Shown here piece after piece: positions 32,471 through 42,532 of a stretch of 54,650 bases of DNA. The position numbers and the translations under genes were made by a program. The notes under the pieces are model-generated. The model was not told the DNA's origin. It worked only from the letters and a program-made list of their open reading frames with translations, and made no database searches. Numbering within the stretch: the first letter of the stretch is position 1; each line of letters opens with the position of its first letter. The stretch comes from Acidithiobacillales bacterium SM1_46 (GTDB lineage: Bacteria > Pseudomonadota > Gammaproteobacteria > Acidiferrobacterales > Sulfurifustaceae), in assembly GCA_001304215.1 (NCBI GenBank), contig LJVB01000001.1, forward strand, positions 1-54,650. Reading direction: 5' to 3'.

Positions 32471-34137
32471 TACTCGTCACTCACCAGGGTAATCGTCGCA
32501 GCAAGCCCTCCCGCGCCGATGGTGTCGTTGATGTTGGCCGCCTTGTAGACCGGCGATGCCGTGCCCTTGCGCACGTAACCAGTGACCGCCTGCGGCGTCG
32601 AGCCGGCATAGCTCGCTGATACCTGACCGCTCGCATTGGTGATGCCGTAGGTGATGACATCGACACCGCCCGGAGTCGTCTCGAGGAACACCTTGGCACC
32701 CTCGATCGGGCTACCCTCAGTATCGAGCACCGTGATTGTGACCGTCACCGTCTGGTTGATCGTGACCGTGCCTGTATAGCCGCCGGCTACCTCGTAGCTG
32801 AAAGTGCCGACGCCGTTTGTGATGTTGATGGTGACATCGCCATCCAAGGCATTGTCGATGAAAAAGACCGTGTTTCCCGTGGAACCGCCACTGGTCGTCT
32901 CGTAACCATTTACCTCATAGCCGTCGATATTGAATGTCGTCAGGCTGGCCGTGTTGAGGTTGATCTGAATACCGTAGCCAGTGCCATCGGAATTCAGCGT
33001 GATGTTGTCTTGCGCGGAGGGATCGGAATTGCCATCCCACAGAATCGCACCATTGGCATCATTCGAGCCGTTGAACGTCAGCCGATTGCAAGTGAGATCC
33101 TCGAAATACACCTGATCGCAGTTATTGAAAATGCAGTCATTGGCGTACTTGCTCGCGGTGTTCGCCGGGAAAGTGATAGCACCTAGATCGGTGAACGTGA
33201 CTGAATCGAGCTGCAGCGTATTGACATCGGCGCTCGACATATCGAACTGAGCGCGCGTCCCGGTATTGACGATGACCACGTTGTCGAGCACGAAGCTGAT
33301 CGTGTCAGTGGCATTGCCGACAACCCGAAACGGAAAGTGCGTCGCACCTACAGCGCGGCCGCCAGCGTTATCGCCAACCCAAAACCACTGCTCATTTGCG
33401 GCTGAAAAATACGCATCAGCATTGGCTGTCGGCTCACCCCACTCAGTAGGCGCAAAGAACCAATACGATTCGCCGACTGGATTGGCGACCATGCCCCACC
33501 CGTTTGTGACATCGTCGCCCTGCACATCGGCCATCGTCTCGGGAGTGCCGACCGTGCCGCCATTGATGCGCAACGCATAGCTGCCATTGGCGTGATACGT
33601 CATGCGATCGAGGGCTAGGTTCGCGACGTTACCCTGGGCCTTGGCGTTGTGGAATGTGCCGATACCGAATTGAGTTACAGCCGTCTGGTCGAGGTTCGCC
33701 TCGCTACCGGCATAGACCGCAAAGTTTGTTCCCGGCGCTGCGACGATCTCTGAAACATCGAGCTTATAGACGTTGAAGAACGGACCAACAGGCATTCCCT
33801 GTGCATCGTTGCCACCAACGGAATAGCCGATGCGATCGGTGCCGTCGCCAAGAAGGATCTGCACCCCACGATTCGCAAATGTCTGCGGCAATGCGTCCTT
33901 GAGAAGCACGTAGGCCGTGGCGTCACTGAGATCTATATTCAGGCCAGTGCCACCGGAGTCGGTCGTCGTGTAGAGCTCGTCGTCGTTGTTCGAGTGCTGC
34001 GCCCTGACAGCCTGAGTACCCTCGTAAAACTGACCGGCCAGAGGCTCATCAGCGAGTGCGCCGCCGGATGTCGAAAATGTAACTGAGACATCTTCGCAGT
34101 CGTTGATTTCAGTGCGGAGATCCGTGCTCATCGACAC
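32470..34137 (-). CDS. tailspike/fibre-like protein with a C-terminal carboxypeptidase-regulatory-like beta-sandwich (555 aa)
   Basis: Asn/Asp/Gly/Thr-rich beta-helix-like repeats (NDCIFNNCDQVYFEDLTCNRLTFNG). The C-terminus reads VTITVLDTEGSPIEGAKVFLETTPGG...GITNASGQVSASY. Confidence 0.6.
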   Translation of the reverse strand: MSMSTDLRTEINDCEDVSVTFSTSGGALADEPLAGQFYEGTQAVRAQHSNNDDELYTTTDSGGTGLNIDLSDATAYVLLKDALPQTFANRGVQILLGDGTDRIGYSVGGNDAQGMPVGPFFNVYKLDVSEIVAAPGTNFAVYAGSEANLDQTAVTQFGIGTFHNAKAQGNVANLALDRMTYHANGSYALRINGGTVGTPETMADVQGDDVTNGWGMVANPVGESYWFFAPTEWGEPTANADAYFSAANEQWFWVGDNAGGRAVGATHFPFRVVGNATDTISFVLDNVVIVNTGTRAQFDMSSADVNTLQLDSVTFTDLGAITFPANTASKYANDCIFNNCDQVYFEDLTCNRLTFNGSNDANGAILWDGNSDPSAQDNITLNSDGTGYGIQINLNTASLTTFNIDGYEVNGYETTSGGSTGNTVFFIDNALDGDVTINITNGVGTFSYEVAGGYTGTVTINQTVTVTITVLDTEGSPIEGAKVFLETTPGGVDVITYGITNASGQVSASYAGSTPQAVTGYVRKGTASPVYKAANINDTIGAGGLAATITLVSDE

Positions 34138-34526
34138 ACCCTATCGAGCACCAGCGGCAGACATGCTGCGGCAAACATATCTGTGTCCTGCGGTGTTGAG
34201 ATGCGCGCGGCCTGTGCGGCCGGCGTCACGTAGCGACGGAGGTTCTCATCGTAATTGCCGAAGATCACAGCCGGATTTTTCACCGGCTGGATCTCGTCAA
34301 TCGTCTCCCGAGCGCCGGGAATCAGAAAGATCCTGCGCTCCTCGTCGATGTCGGCTATCGCATCTGCAATCCTGTCGAATTCTCGATACGCGCCGCACCC
34401 CGGTACATTTCCGACCATGCGCCAATCCTTAATCTGGTAGGCGGCGATCGTCTGTTTCCACATGCGCCACTCGACGAATAGCTGCTCATCGGTGAAACCA
34501 GACTCCCATACGCCAACAACAATCAC
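34128..34526 (-). CDS. small protein with a SPOUT (TrmL/TrmH)-like sequence pattern (132 aa)
   Basis: The segment RIFLIPGARETIDEI..PAVIFGNYDENL...ARISTPQDTDMFAAACLPLVLD parallels the TrmL pattern LFALT..YLMFGPETRGL...IRIPM...SMNLSNAVSVVVYE. Confidence 0.3.
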   Translation of the reverse strand: MIVVGVWESGFTDEQLFVEWRMWKQTIAAYQIKDWRMVGNVPGCGAYREFDRIADAIADIDEERRIFLIPGARETIDEIQPVKNPAVIFGNYDENLRRYVTPAAQAARISTPQDTDMFAAACLPLVLDRVCR

Positions 34527-36943
34527 TCATCCGGTGTCCGAATCGTCGAGACGGAGAACGGGCCAAAAGTGGTCGTCGTCTTGAACGTCTTGATCGGATT
34601 CGGCGAGCCTCCACGACGCACCGTGACGGCTACCTGCTCGCCAGGGTTAGTCCACGTAGCGGTGTAGCTTTCGTTGCCGCTGCCAGAAACGTGCTCCTTG
34701 TCAATCAGCGCGCGCATCAGGTTATTGCCGATGGTCGCTGTATTCGGAGCCGTGCCTACCAGCGTGAACGTGCCGGTCGTGTTGGTGTAGGAGCTGTACT
34801 CGAGCAGATCGTAGTTGCCATCGGAGTCACGCTCGAGCCGCAGGAAGCCGGCCGCCGGCGTGTTGTTCGGGATGTTGCCTGCGCCTACCACAACGGTCGT
34901 CGATACGCCGCCAGTCACGCCGGCGGTAATCGTCATCTCGTCGAAGTTGGGCTCGGCATCGCCGTTGACGTCGAGCGAGGCACCGTCCCACGGATAAACC
35001 GAGATGCGGTCGCCGATGACAAGGTTTGTGACTGTGCCAGAGCGATTGTCCGGCGGCTGAATCGTGACTTCGAGCAGGTTCGGGAAGCTGTCGCCGGCGA
35101 TCGCGTCGCTCGGGTCGATGGCAATACCGAAATTGGTCTGGAAGTTTGTGCCGGTGAAGTTGCCGACGAACTGGTTGTTGATCGTTCGCGTAGCGACTGC
35201 ACCGTTGACGTCGATCTGATTGCCGGACGTCTTGCCGAAAAGCGTCTGATTGTCGAGCGGCACAACGCCGGTGAGCTGCTGCCCGTAGACGTTGCCGGTC
35301 GTACCCTGGTCGTCGAGTGCGAGCAGGAGGATCTGACCGCTGGCCGTGTTGTTGACTACCGTGCCGGTCGTAGCCGTCCATTCGCCAGCACCGCGCAGCG
35401 TCGTGATCGCCTCGGTGTTGTTGAACTGCCCGAACGGGTCGGCAACGATGATCGTGCCAGTGCCAGCCGTATCATCGACGTAGATGACGCGACCTCGAGC
35501 ACCGCCGGCACCCTCGACCACCTCGCCCTCAGTGACCAGTGTGCCGCTGCCGCCGGTGTACGGGATCTCGGTGCCGTAGGCCAGAACCTCGGGCTCGGTC
35601 AGATTGGCGGTCTCGCCGTCATACGCAAAGTTGCGATTGAAGCCGGTGAATAGCTGAGCGTTGCGACCGAACAGCGTCTCGGCCGTGCCACGGCGCTGAA
35701 TGTACTTGGTGCGCTCGTAAGTCTGCAGCGCACTCGCTGAGCCGAAGTCGATCGACAGGCCGAAAGGTGTCGGGCCCGAACCCTCGTTGAAGTCGAGCGT
35801 CTGGTAGCCCTCGGTGACAACAATCGTGTTGTACGGCGCGCCTGCAACCGTGCCGGCTGCCGTGTTGTTGTTCGAGTCGCCCGAGGAGAACAGGGCGAGC
35901 GACGTTTCGGCGGTGCCGACTGTCGTGAAGCCCTCGAAGTAGGACTCGCCATATTCGAGCAGCTTGCCCTTGATGCGCTGGCCGTCGATAGCGACGCCAT
36001 TCTCGATCGTCTTGACCAGAATTCGGACCTTGCCGGATACCGAATCGGGGAAGTAGGCGTTGTTCCAGTAGTCGGTGATGATCGCGTCCTCTTGAATGAG
36101 GATCGGCCGCGTCGTCGTCAGCGGCGTCGTCACCTGTACGCCAAGGCCCGAGTACAGGGTGCGCGTGTTGCCCGAGCCCTGCTCCACCGAGCCGCCGTAC
36201 ATATGCTGCGCGACCGTATCGTTGATCGTCACCAAGCCAAGCAGTCGGATGATCTGGTCGGTCTGCCGATCCGTCGCGGTCGGGTCGATCATCGAAAGAT
36301 CGTCGTCACCCGCGATGGTCTCGTCATCGTTGAGATCCGACAGGAAGCGATGCAGCTCGAGCGGCGTGTAGCCGCGAGGATGCACCTCACCGTTGACCGT
36401 GCCGTCACCAGCGATGTCGCCAGTGAATGTGTCGTTGTTGACCGGCAGGCCAAAGGTGTCGATCTCGGTGATGAAGCGGACGTCGAGCTCGCCGGTCGCG
36501 CCAGCGTCAGAGACTACCGTGATGACTTCGGCCTGCTGGCCGCCGGAGAACGTGAGGATCTCGCCGGCAACCACGTTCGACGTCTGTCCGTCGAACAGGA
36601 AACTGTGCGTTGCCCCGATGGCGGGGCCGGTCCACGCGATGTCGATGTCGCCGGCCGTGTCTGTGACCGAAACGTCATCGCGCAGGTACGCGGGATAGAG
36701 CAGGAGATTCGAGGTATCGACGTCAGCCGTCACAGCTCCCTGCGTCAGCGTGTCGGCGGCATCCGGCGGGATTGAGCCGTCGATGATGGCAATGGCCAGC
36801 TTGCCGGTCGTCGTCGGAACGCCCGGAATGTCGGAGACGATGAAACCGGAGTCGGCGCCAGCATTCCATGTGACAAAGGCTCCCTCCTCCACAAAGCTAC
36901 CGCCGGCGCGGTTGCTGTAGGTCACGTTGTAGTAAACGGTCAT
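34523..36943 (-). CDS. large virion/tail protein (806 aa)
   Basis: ORF track. Thr/Gly/Asn/Val-rich beta-type composition; sits in the virion module. Confidence 0.7.
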   Translation of the reverse strand: MTVYYNVTYSNRAGGSFVEEGAFVTWNAGADSGFIVSDIPGVPTTTGKLAIAIIDGSIPPDAADTLTQGAVTADVDTSNLLLYPAYLRDDVSVTDTAGDIDIAWTGPAIGATHSFLFDGQTSNVVAGEILTFSGGQQAEVITVVSDAGATGELDVRFITEIDTFGLPVNNDTFTGDIAGDGTVNGEVHPRGYTPLELHRFLSDLNDDETIAGDDDLSMIDPTATDRQTDQIIRLLGLVTINDTVAQHMYGGSVEQGSGNTRTLYSGLGVQVTTPLTTTRPILIQEDAIITDYWNNAYFPDSVSGKVRILVKTIENGVAIDGQRIKGKLLEYGESYFEGFTTVGTAETSLALFSSGDSNNNTAAGTVAGAPYNTIVVTEGYQTLDFNEGSGPTPFGLSIDFGSASALQTYERTKYIQRRGTAETLFGRNAQLFTGFNRNFAYDGETANLTEPEVLAYGTEIPYTGGSGTLVTEGEVVEGAGGARGRVIYVDDTAGTGTIIVADPFGQFNNTEAITTLRGAGEWTATTGTVVNNTASGQILLLALDDQGTTGNVYGQQLTGVVPLDNQTLFGKTSGNQIDVNGAVATRTINNQFVGNFTGTNFQTNFGIAIDPSDAIAGDSFPNLLEVTIQPPDNRSGTVTNLVIGDRISVYPWDGASLDVNGDAEPNFDEMTITAGVTGGVSTTVVVGAGNIPNNTPAAGFLRLERDSDGNYDLLEYSSYTNTTGTFTLVGTAPNTATIGNNLMRALIDKEHVSGSGNESYTATWTNPGEQVAVTVRRGGSPNPIKTFKTTTTFGPFSVSTIRTPDE

Positions 36944-36953
36944 CCTTGAACCC

Positions 36954-37355
36954 CTAGTTTAGTGTCTCGCCTCTTGGCTGAGCAGTGATTGAATCTATGT
37001 AGCCCCTGCCGTCCCGCTTCACATCGAAAAAATAGGCGACCCGAGAGCGATGCTCCTGGGCCGCCTGAATTTCCTCTAGCACGGAGCGGAGGGGAGTCAG
37101 GTCAACATTCACGACTGCATTATTCAGTCGCTTGTCACGAATCAGTGCTTGCAGGGTTGCCAGCACCTCGAGCTGAGTCTGTGAGCGGGCAAGATCGGCG
37201 CGGGCGCGCTCCTCCTGGGCTGCGATGAGCCTGTCAAGTTTATCGACAAGCTGGTCGAACTGCTCGATCTTGGTGATTTCGCGCTCGTATTCGACCTCAG
37301 CGCCATCTTCCTCGAGCTCATCGAGCTCCCGCAGAGAGATAGTCTTTTCAGCCAC
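36954..37355 (-). CDS. acidic coiled-coil protein (133 aa)
   Basis: ORF track. Heptad-like Glu/Leu/Ala-rich sequence. Confidence 0.6.
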   Translation of the reverse strand: MAEKTISLRELDELEEDGAEVEYEREITKIEQFDQLVDKLDRLIAAQEERARADLARSQTQLEVLATLQALIRDKRLNNAVVNVDLTPLRSVLEEIQAAQEHRSRVAYFFDVKRDGRGYIDSITAQPRGETLN

Positions 37356-39927
37356 TTACGCAATCTCGCAGCTTTTTGAGCAAGTTTCGACGCTCAACTG
37401 CTGCGTCAAATCTCCGTTGTGCAGCAACTTTCAATTCAGCCACCTTGCCCGTTTCCCTGACGCGAACTCTATCAGTAAATGTTAAATCGCCAAAGTCCTG
37501 CCGCTCCCAAATATCGGGCATGTGGTCCATTACCTGCTGCACGAGGTGGTCCACACCGTATTGCTCGTCCTGCATCGTATCCACGGAGTCGAGCAGGCCA
37601 ACCAGCTCGACGAGCTGCTGAAAGCTGAGATCGTCCATCTGATCGAAGGTGTCGAGCGCATCGAGTGCCTCACGCACCTCCGCATTGGTCATGGTGTTCA
37701 GATCGAGGCCGGCCTCGCCAATGAGCGCCTCGAGCTCATCGAGACGCCGCTGCATCTCCATCGCCTGCGGGTCAGCGTCAGGCCCGAGAACGGGCTTACC
37801 GCCGATCTCGTCCCGTATGGCCTCCACGAGCAGGTTCTCGTCGCGTGACGCAATGTAGCCCGCCTCAGCGGCCTTTTCCGCTGCCGTGGCCAATGTCATG
37901 CCGTCCCGCTTCACCAGCCCCCTGATCGCCTTACCGGCGTCCATAGCCGACAATTCGCCACCCTCGTCCATGACACCGCCAGCTTTGCGCAGGAACTCGC
38001 TCAGTCTGGTGCCGAACAAGTCTTGCTCCTTGGGGCCGGTGCCCTCCCGCAGCATGTTGATGTACGGATCTACATAGGCGTCGATGTCCTTGTCGGTATG
38101 TGCGTCAGCGAGAACCCGACGCACTCCACCAAAGAATTGCTTGTAGAGCTGCATCGGATCCTCGCCGGCGCGACGCGCCAGATTCGGAATGCCGCGCATG
38201 ATCTCGGCCGTTGTCCTGGCCGTCTGCGGGTCGAACGCATCCGTGGCGACAAGCTGGTTCACGACATCGTTGATGATCTGCTCATCGACATCCTGCTCAG
38301 GATCGAGGATCTTCGCCGCCAGCTCCTCGAGCTCGGAGATCATGGCTGGCTTGTTTTTATCGTAGAGATCGGCCTCGTGCGCCGACATCTGCGTCTCGGG
38401 GTCGCTGGTGATGTGCTTCTGGAAAAACTGGTGATGCTCGGTTCCAGCTATTTTCGTGGCGTAGTCGTTTATCGGGATCTCAACCGTGCCGCCGCGTTCG
38501 CGCGCCAGCTCAATATCTTCCTTCTTGACGTTGAGATGCGCCGCCACCTCGTCAGGATCGTGGCCCTTCTCCTGCCAGTATTGATCGAACTGCTCGACAT
38601 CGACATGCAGCGATTGCACATCGCCATCGGCCGTCACGCGGCTGACGAAGTCCTGATAGGTTTTCGGCACCTCCTGCCGCAGCCGTGACGCTTCGGCCGA
38701 GTCGCCGAGTGCCTGATACACGAGCTCCATCTGTTTCGCGCGGCGCGCTTTCATGCCGTCACGGATGATGGTGGTGGTGCCGCCGGCGCCGGCAAGCAGC
38801 ACCGTGCTTTTCATGGTCTCGGCTGCAATGGCGCCGATGCGCTCGATAACCTGCTCGCGGGTCAGGTAGTCGTCGCGATCGTTCATGTACTTGAGGGCCT
38901 CACCGCCGGCCATCGTCACCGACTCCTGAAAGATCTCAGTCGCGATCTCGGACGTCATGCCGATGCCGAAATCCTTGGTGCCCTGCCACACGGCGTCGCG
39001 GAACGTCTTGCGCTTGAGCGCGTCTGCAACGACCTCCTTGGCGAGCTGACCTTTGATCTCCCTGATCCCCGGCAGCTTTGACAGCAATACGCCGCCGCCA
39101 AGGGCTTCGGCCGCACCGCCGAGATTGCCGACAATGGTCGCGGCCCAGGCTGCGTCCTCGTGACTGAAACCCATCTCTCGATATTCTAGGTAGGCATGAC
39201 CGCCCTCCTGCGTCTCTGAGTAGCTGAATGCGCCGGCACCGAAGCCGATCGTCAGGCCGCTTGACCAGCCGGCCAACATGCCGGGGCCCGCGCCGACGAC
39301 CGGAAAGATCGTGCCGCCAGTGATGGCGCCAGTCGTGGCGCCCACAGTGCCGCCGACCATTGCGCCTTTCGCGCCCGACTCCCACGCGCCAATGAAATTC
39401 GCCGATTGCTTGGTCAGCGCAACGACCAGCGAGTGAATGCCGGAGGTGTCGAAATCGTGGTCAACGCTATACTTCTTGAGCTCCTTGATGCGCTCCTCGT
39501 CACCGGGAAGAAACACACCTTCCTGCTGGCGGGCGCCAATCTCGCCGAGCTCCTGCATTGCCCACGAGTGATGCCACGCCTGCTGAATCGGCCGAAAGGC
39601 GCGCTCCATGCGCGTGAGGTTCTCCTTGTCGGCCTTGAGCACGGAAAGGTGATACGGATTGTCGGCCGCAAACTCGAGCCACTTCGGATTGCTGTCGCGG
39701 TACTGATCGGGGTCGAACTTCCGCATCTCGACGAGCTGACTGATATTGTCGAAGTCAGCGTCGATGACCTCGAGCGGCAAACCAGTCTGCCCACCGAGCT
39801 CGAGGATCCTCGAGGCGCGGTTCGGCTCGACGTTGACCGCGTTACCGGCCGCGAGCCGCTGGCGCTGCTCCTCCTCCCGCTTGACCTCGGAGTAGTCGCG
39901 GAGCTCGGGGAGGTAGCTCTCGGGCAT
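37348..39927 (-). CDS. internal virion/ejection protein candidate with a Gly-rich hydrophobic segment (859 aa)
   Basis: The segment GGTVGATTGAITGGTIFPVVGAGPGMLAGWSSGLTIGFGAGAF. The remainder is acidic and helical. Confidence 0.6.
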   Translation of the reverse strand: MPESYLPELRDYSEVKREEEQRQRLAAGNAVNVEPNRASRILELGGQTGLPLEVIDADFDNISQLVEMRKFDPDQYRDSNPKWLEFAADNPYHLSVLKADKENLTRMERAFRPIQQAWHHSWAMQELGEIGARQQEGVFLPGDEERIKELKKYSVDHDFDTSGIHSLVVALTKQSANFIGAWESGAKGAMVGGTVGATTGAITGGTIFPVVGAGPGMLAGWSSGLTIGFGAGAFSYSETQEGGHAYLEYREMGFSHEDAAWAATIVGNLGGAAEALGGGVLLSKLPGIREIKGQLAKEVVADALKRKTFRDAVWQGTKDFGIGMTSEIATEIFQESVTMAGGEALKYMNDRDDYLTREQVIERIGAIAAETMKSTVLLAGAGGTTTIIRDGMKARRAKQMELVYQALGDSAEASRLRQEVPKTYQDFVSRVTADGDVQSLHVDVEQFDQYWQEKGHDPDEVAAHLNVKKEDIELARERGGTVEIPINDYATKIAGTEHHQFFQKHITSDPETQMSAHEADLYDKNKPAMISELEELAAKILDPEQDVDEQIINDVVNQLVATDAFDPQTARTTAEIMRGIPNLARRAGEDPMQLYKQFFGGVRRVLADAHTDKDIDAYVDPYINMLREGTGPKEQDLFGTRLSEFLRKAGGVMDEGGELSAMDAGKAIRGLVKRDGMTLATAAEKAAEAGYIASRDENLLVEAIRDEIGGKPVLGPDADPQAMEMQRRLDELEALIGEAGLDLNTMTNAEVREALDALDTFDQMDDLSFQQLVELVGLLDSVDTMQDEQYGVDHLVQQVMDHMPDIWERQDFGDLTFTDRVRVRETGKVAELKVAAQRRFDAAVERRNLLKKLRDCVSG

Positions 39928-41780
39928 CAGTAGTCACCTATGCCGAGGATCCGAGACTTGGCGGCGGCAGTGTCGCCGGTGACGTAGTAGTAGTACGCCT
40001 CCTCGATGTCCTTGTCGTCGATTTCCTTGCCGGCCGACTCGGCCAGATTGCGAGCGTAGTCGGCGAACGACAGCGGACGGCCCTGGCCATCGGTATCCAC
40101 GATCTGAGCCTGAGCCTTTTCGATCGGGATGTAGGCTTTCTTTTTCTCGTCCTCGGTGAGACCGGCTGCGACGCGCTCGGGATCGGTGCCGATCTCGCGC
40201 ACGAATACGCGCTCAGCCACGGTCTGCGCAGTGATCTCGCGGACCTCCTGCGGCGACAGGTAGCCGGAGCCAGTCTGGTTGTACTTGCGCAGCGACTCGT
40301 CCACGAGACGCTTGTTGACCTCGGTGTCGATGCGCAGATACCGCTCGTATTCGGCGGTGCCCGGAGGCGGCACCCGCTTGAACATGCCGGAGGGACCGAC
40401 CAGCAGTCCGCGCAGCACCTCGTCATCGGGATCGCCGCGATAGATGTTCGGATCCTTGCCGGTCGCCTGCGCGTCCTGAATGACCTTTTGCTCAGTCGCG
40501 AGCCTGTTCCAGTCCTCGCGCGTGAACTGCGTTTTCCACTCCGGCGTGTTGATATTCAGCTTGGCGCGCTGACCCTGCGGCATCCGGGTCCATGCGTAAT
40601 ACATATCCTCATTCGTGGATTCGGCGAAGCCGTCATTGTCCTGCCACCGCTCGGCGTACACCCGGAGCTGATTCTTGGTCGGCACATCGAGTAGCGACAG
40701 CAAGCCGGAGTCGAGCTGACCGTAGCTCGCACCGCCCTCGATGGCCTGCGACAGTGTGGTGACGATCTCGTCGCGCGCCATCTCATCGACAGCCTTGTCC
40801 TCGTTGTTGCGCTGCGTCAGCTCCATCTCGAGGAAGTCACGCTTTTGCGCGTAATCAGGATCATTACGATCGAGCATCTCGCGCGCCTTGCGCTTGCGCA
40901 GCGACAGGCTCGCGGCATCGGTCTCGCCATACATGCGCGTGACCGTGTCGATGATGTCGTAGACGTCGCCTTTGACGTTCTCGGTTTTCAGCTCCTCCTT
41001 GGTCGCATCGAGCATCTTCTTGACCGTGTCTGCCGGCAGGAAGTCAGCAATCGAACCAGAGCCCTTGCCCTCGCGAATGTCCTCCTGCGTGATCGGCCCA
41101 TCGGTGCGCCGCGTCATCAGCGATCGCTCGAGCTCCTTGACGCGCACCTCGGGATCCATGACCGTGAGCCGGTCCTGGGCGACCTCCTGCACGAAACCCT
41201 GTTTCATCTTCTCGGCCTCGAGCGGATCGAGGCCAGTTTGCTCAACGGCCGCGTCCACCTGATCGAGCGTCGTAAACATCAGATCATTGGCGGTGTTCGG
41301 GTCAGCCAGCCGAATGCGCTCGGCATTGCGACGCAGGTTGCCATCGAGCTCGACGAGACGTTTTTCGTTGCGCACCTCACGCGCGCGGTCATTTACGGAG
41401 ACTGCGCCACGCTCGAAGATGACCTCGGACTCAGCGGTCAGTAGCTCCTGATCGCTCGGGTCCATTGCGTACCGACCAAAGACCTCCTCTCGCCGGCGAG
41501 CAGTGGCCTCCCGATAGCGACGATCATGCGTCTCGGTATCGGGATCGTCCTTGAGCGCCTCGCGCTCCTCGAGCTCGGCGTCGATGAGTGCGTTTTTCGC
41601 CAGCGCGTATTGCAGCCGATCATTCTTTTGCTTTTTCTCGGCTGCCATGTTGACGAACGTGGCAATCGAACGATTCAGCGCGTCAGCCAGCTCGACGCCG
41701 CTCTTGTCGGGTAAGTCGATGCGATTCGAGCGCAGGCTTGGCCGTGCGCCGTAGTCCTCAACTGTCGGTAGCCTTGCCAT
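39927..41780 (-). CDS. internal virion protein candidate (617 aa)
   Basis: ORF track; charged helical protein in the virion module. Confidence 0.6.
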   Translation of the reverse strand: MARLPTVEDYGARPSLRSNRIDLPDKSGVELADALNRSIATFVNMAAEKKQKNDRLQYALAKNALIDAELEEREALKDDPDTETHDRRYREATARRREEVFGRYAMDPSDQELLTAESEVIFERGAVSVNDRAREVRNEKRLVELDGNLRRNAERIRLADPNTANDLMFTTLDQVDAAVEQTGLDPLEAEKMKQGFVQEVAQDRLTVMDPEVRVKELERSLMTRRTDGPITQEDIREGKGSGSIADFLPADTVKKMLDATKEELKTENVKGDVYDIIDTVTRMYGETDAASLSLRKRKAREMLDRNDPDYAQKRDFLEMELTQRNNEDKAVDEMARDEIVTTLSQAIEGGASYGQLDSGLLSLLDVPTKNQLRVYAERWQDNDGFAESTNEDMYYAWTRMPQGQRAKLNINTPEWKTQFTREDWNRLATEQKVIQDAQATGKDPNIYRGDPDDEVLRGLLVGPSGMFKRVPPPGTAEYERYLRIDTEVNKRLVDESLRKYNQTGSGYLSPQEVREITAQTVAERVFVREIGTDPERVAAGLTEDEKKKAYIPIEKAQAQIVDTDGQGRPLSFADYARNLAESAGKEIDDKDIEEAYYYYVTGDTAAAKSRILGIGDY

Positions 41781-42532
41781 TAGCTGTCACCACTCCTGAA
41801 TGTTGCGGATACCGATGTCGAGAATGCCGTCAGCCCACCTGATTCTGAGAAATTACCGACACCGGGATCGAATACGGCAGGCTCGATCCTGTAAGCAATG
41901 CCCATCGACATCGAATTGAAATTGAGACCTGTATTGATGCCGCGCATAAACGTCGCGCCACTATCGACACCAACCACATCGACCGTGTCGTCGGCAGTAT
42001 TGTCCTTGATGGACGCCGCGATCTTGAATGTCCAAAGTGCAGCCCCCGGCATATTTTCGCGGAACAATGCGCTGTCGGACGTATTCTGTGAATTCTCGTT
42101 GTCAACCGTGATGCCGCTGAGCGCGCCAGCATACTGATTGCCGGTAAGCACGATGACATGCAGGATCGACGGCGATCCCTGACCGAATATCAGGCAGTTA
42201 TCTTCTGAGTCTCCGGTCGCAATGCGCGGAAAAATACCGAGGTTGAATCGACTCTGCAGCGAATTGAAATTCAGGACGCCGCCAGTGCTTGACCAGATCT
42301 GAAATGTCGGTGTGCGCAGCGTGACCGAACCCATGCCAGGAACATTCGGCCCGTTTGCGGCAATAGCGATCATAATGTCGCCGACAGATCGTGGCGGCGC
42401 TGCAACCGTGCGCTCAGCATTGCCGACAAAACTGCCGACCGGCAGCGCGATCGGTGTGCCCTCGACAAAGCCGGTGTAACCACCAGTAGGAGCAGCCGCG
42501 CCGCCAAGCACTGATCCGAGCAATAGCTTCAC
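41780..42532 (-). CDS. fibre-associated protein (250 aa; start moved to GTG in a GTGA overlap)
   Basis: It sits immediately downstream of the short fibre gene and is translationally coupled to it. Gly/Ser/Asn-rich beta-type sequence. Confidence 0.55.
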   Translation of the reverse strand: MKLLLGSVLGGAAAPTGGYTGFVEGTPIALPVGSFVGNAERTVAAPPRSVGDIMIAIAANGPNVPGMGSVTLRTPTFQIWSSTGGVLNFNSLQSRFNLGIFPRIATGDSEDNCLIFGQGSPSILHVIVLTGNQYAGALSGITVDNENSQNTSDSALFRENMPGAALWTFKIAASIKDNTADDTVDVVGVDSGATFMRGINTGLNFNSMSMGIAYRIEPAVFDPGVGNFSESGGLTAFSTSVSATFRSGDS

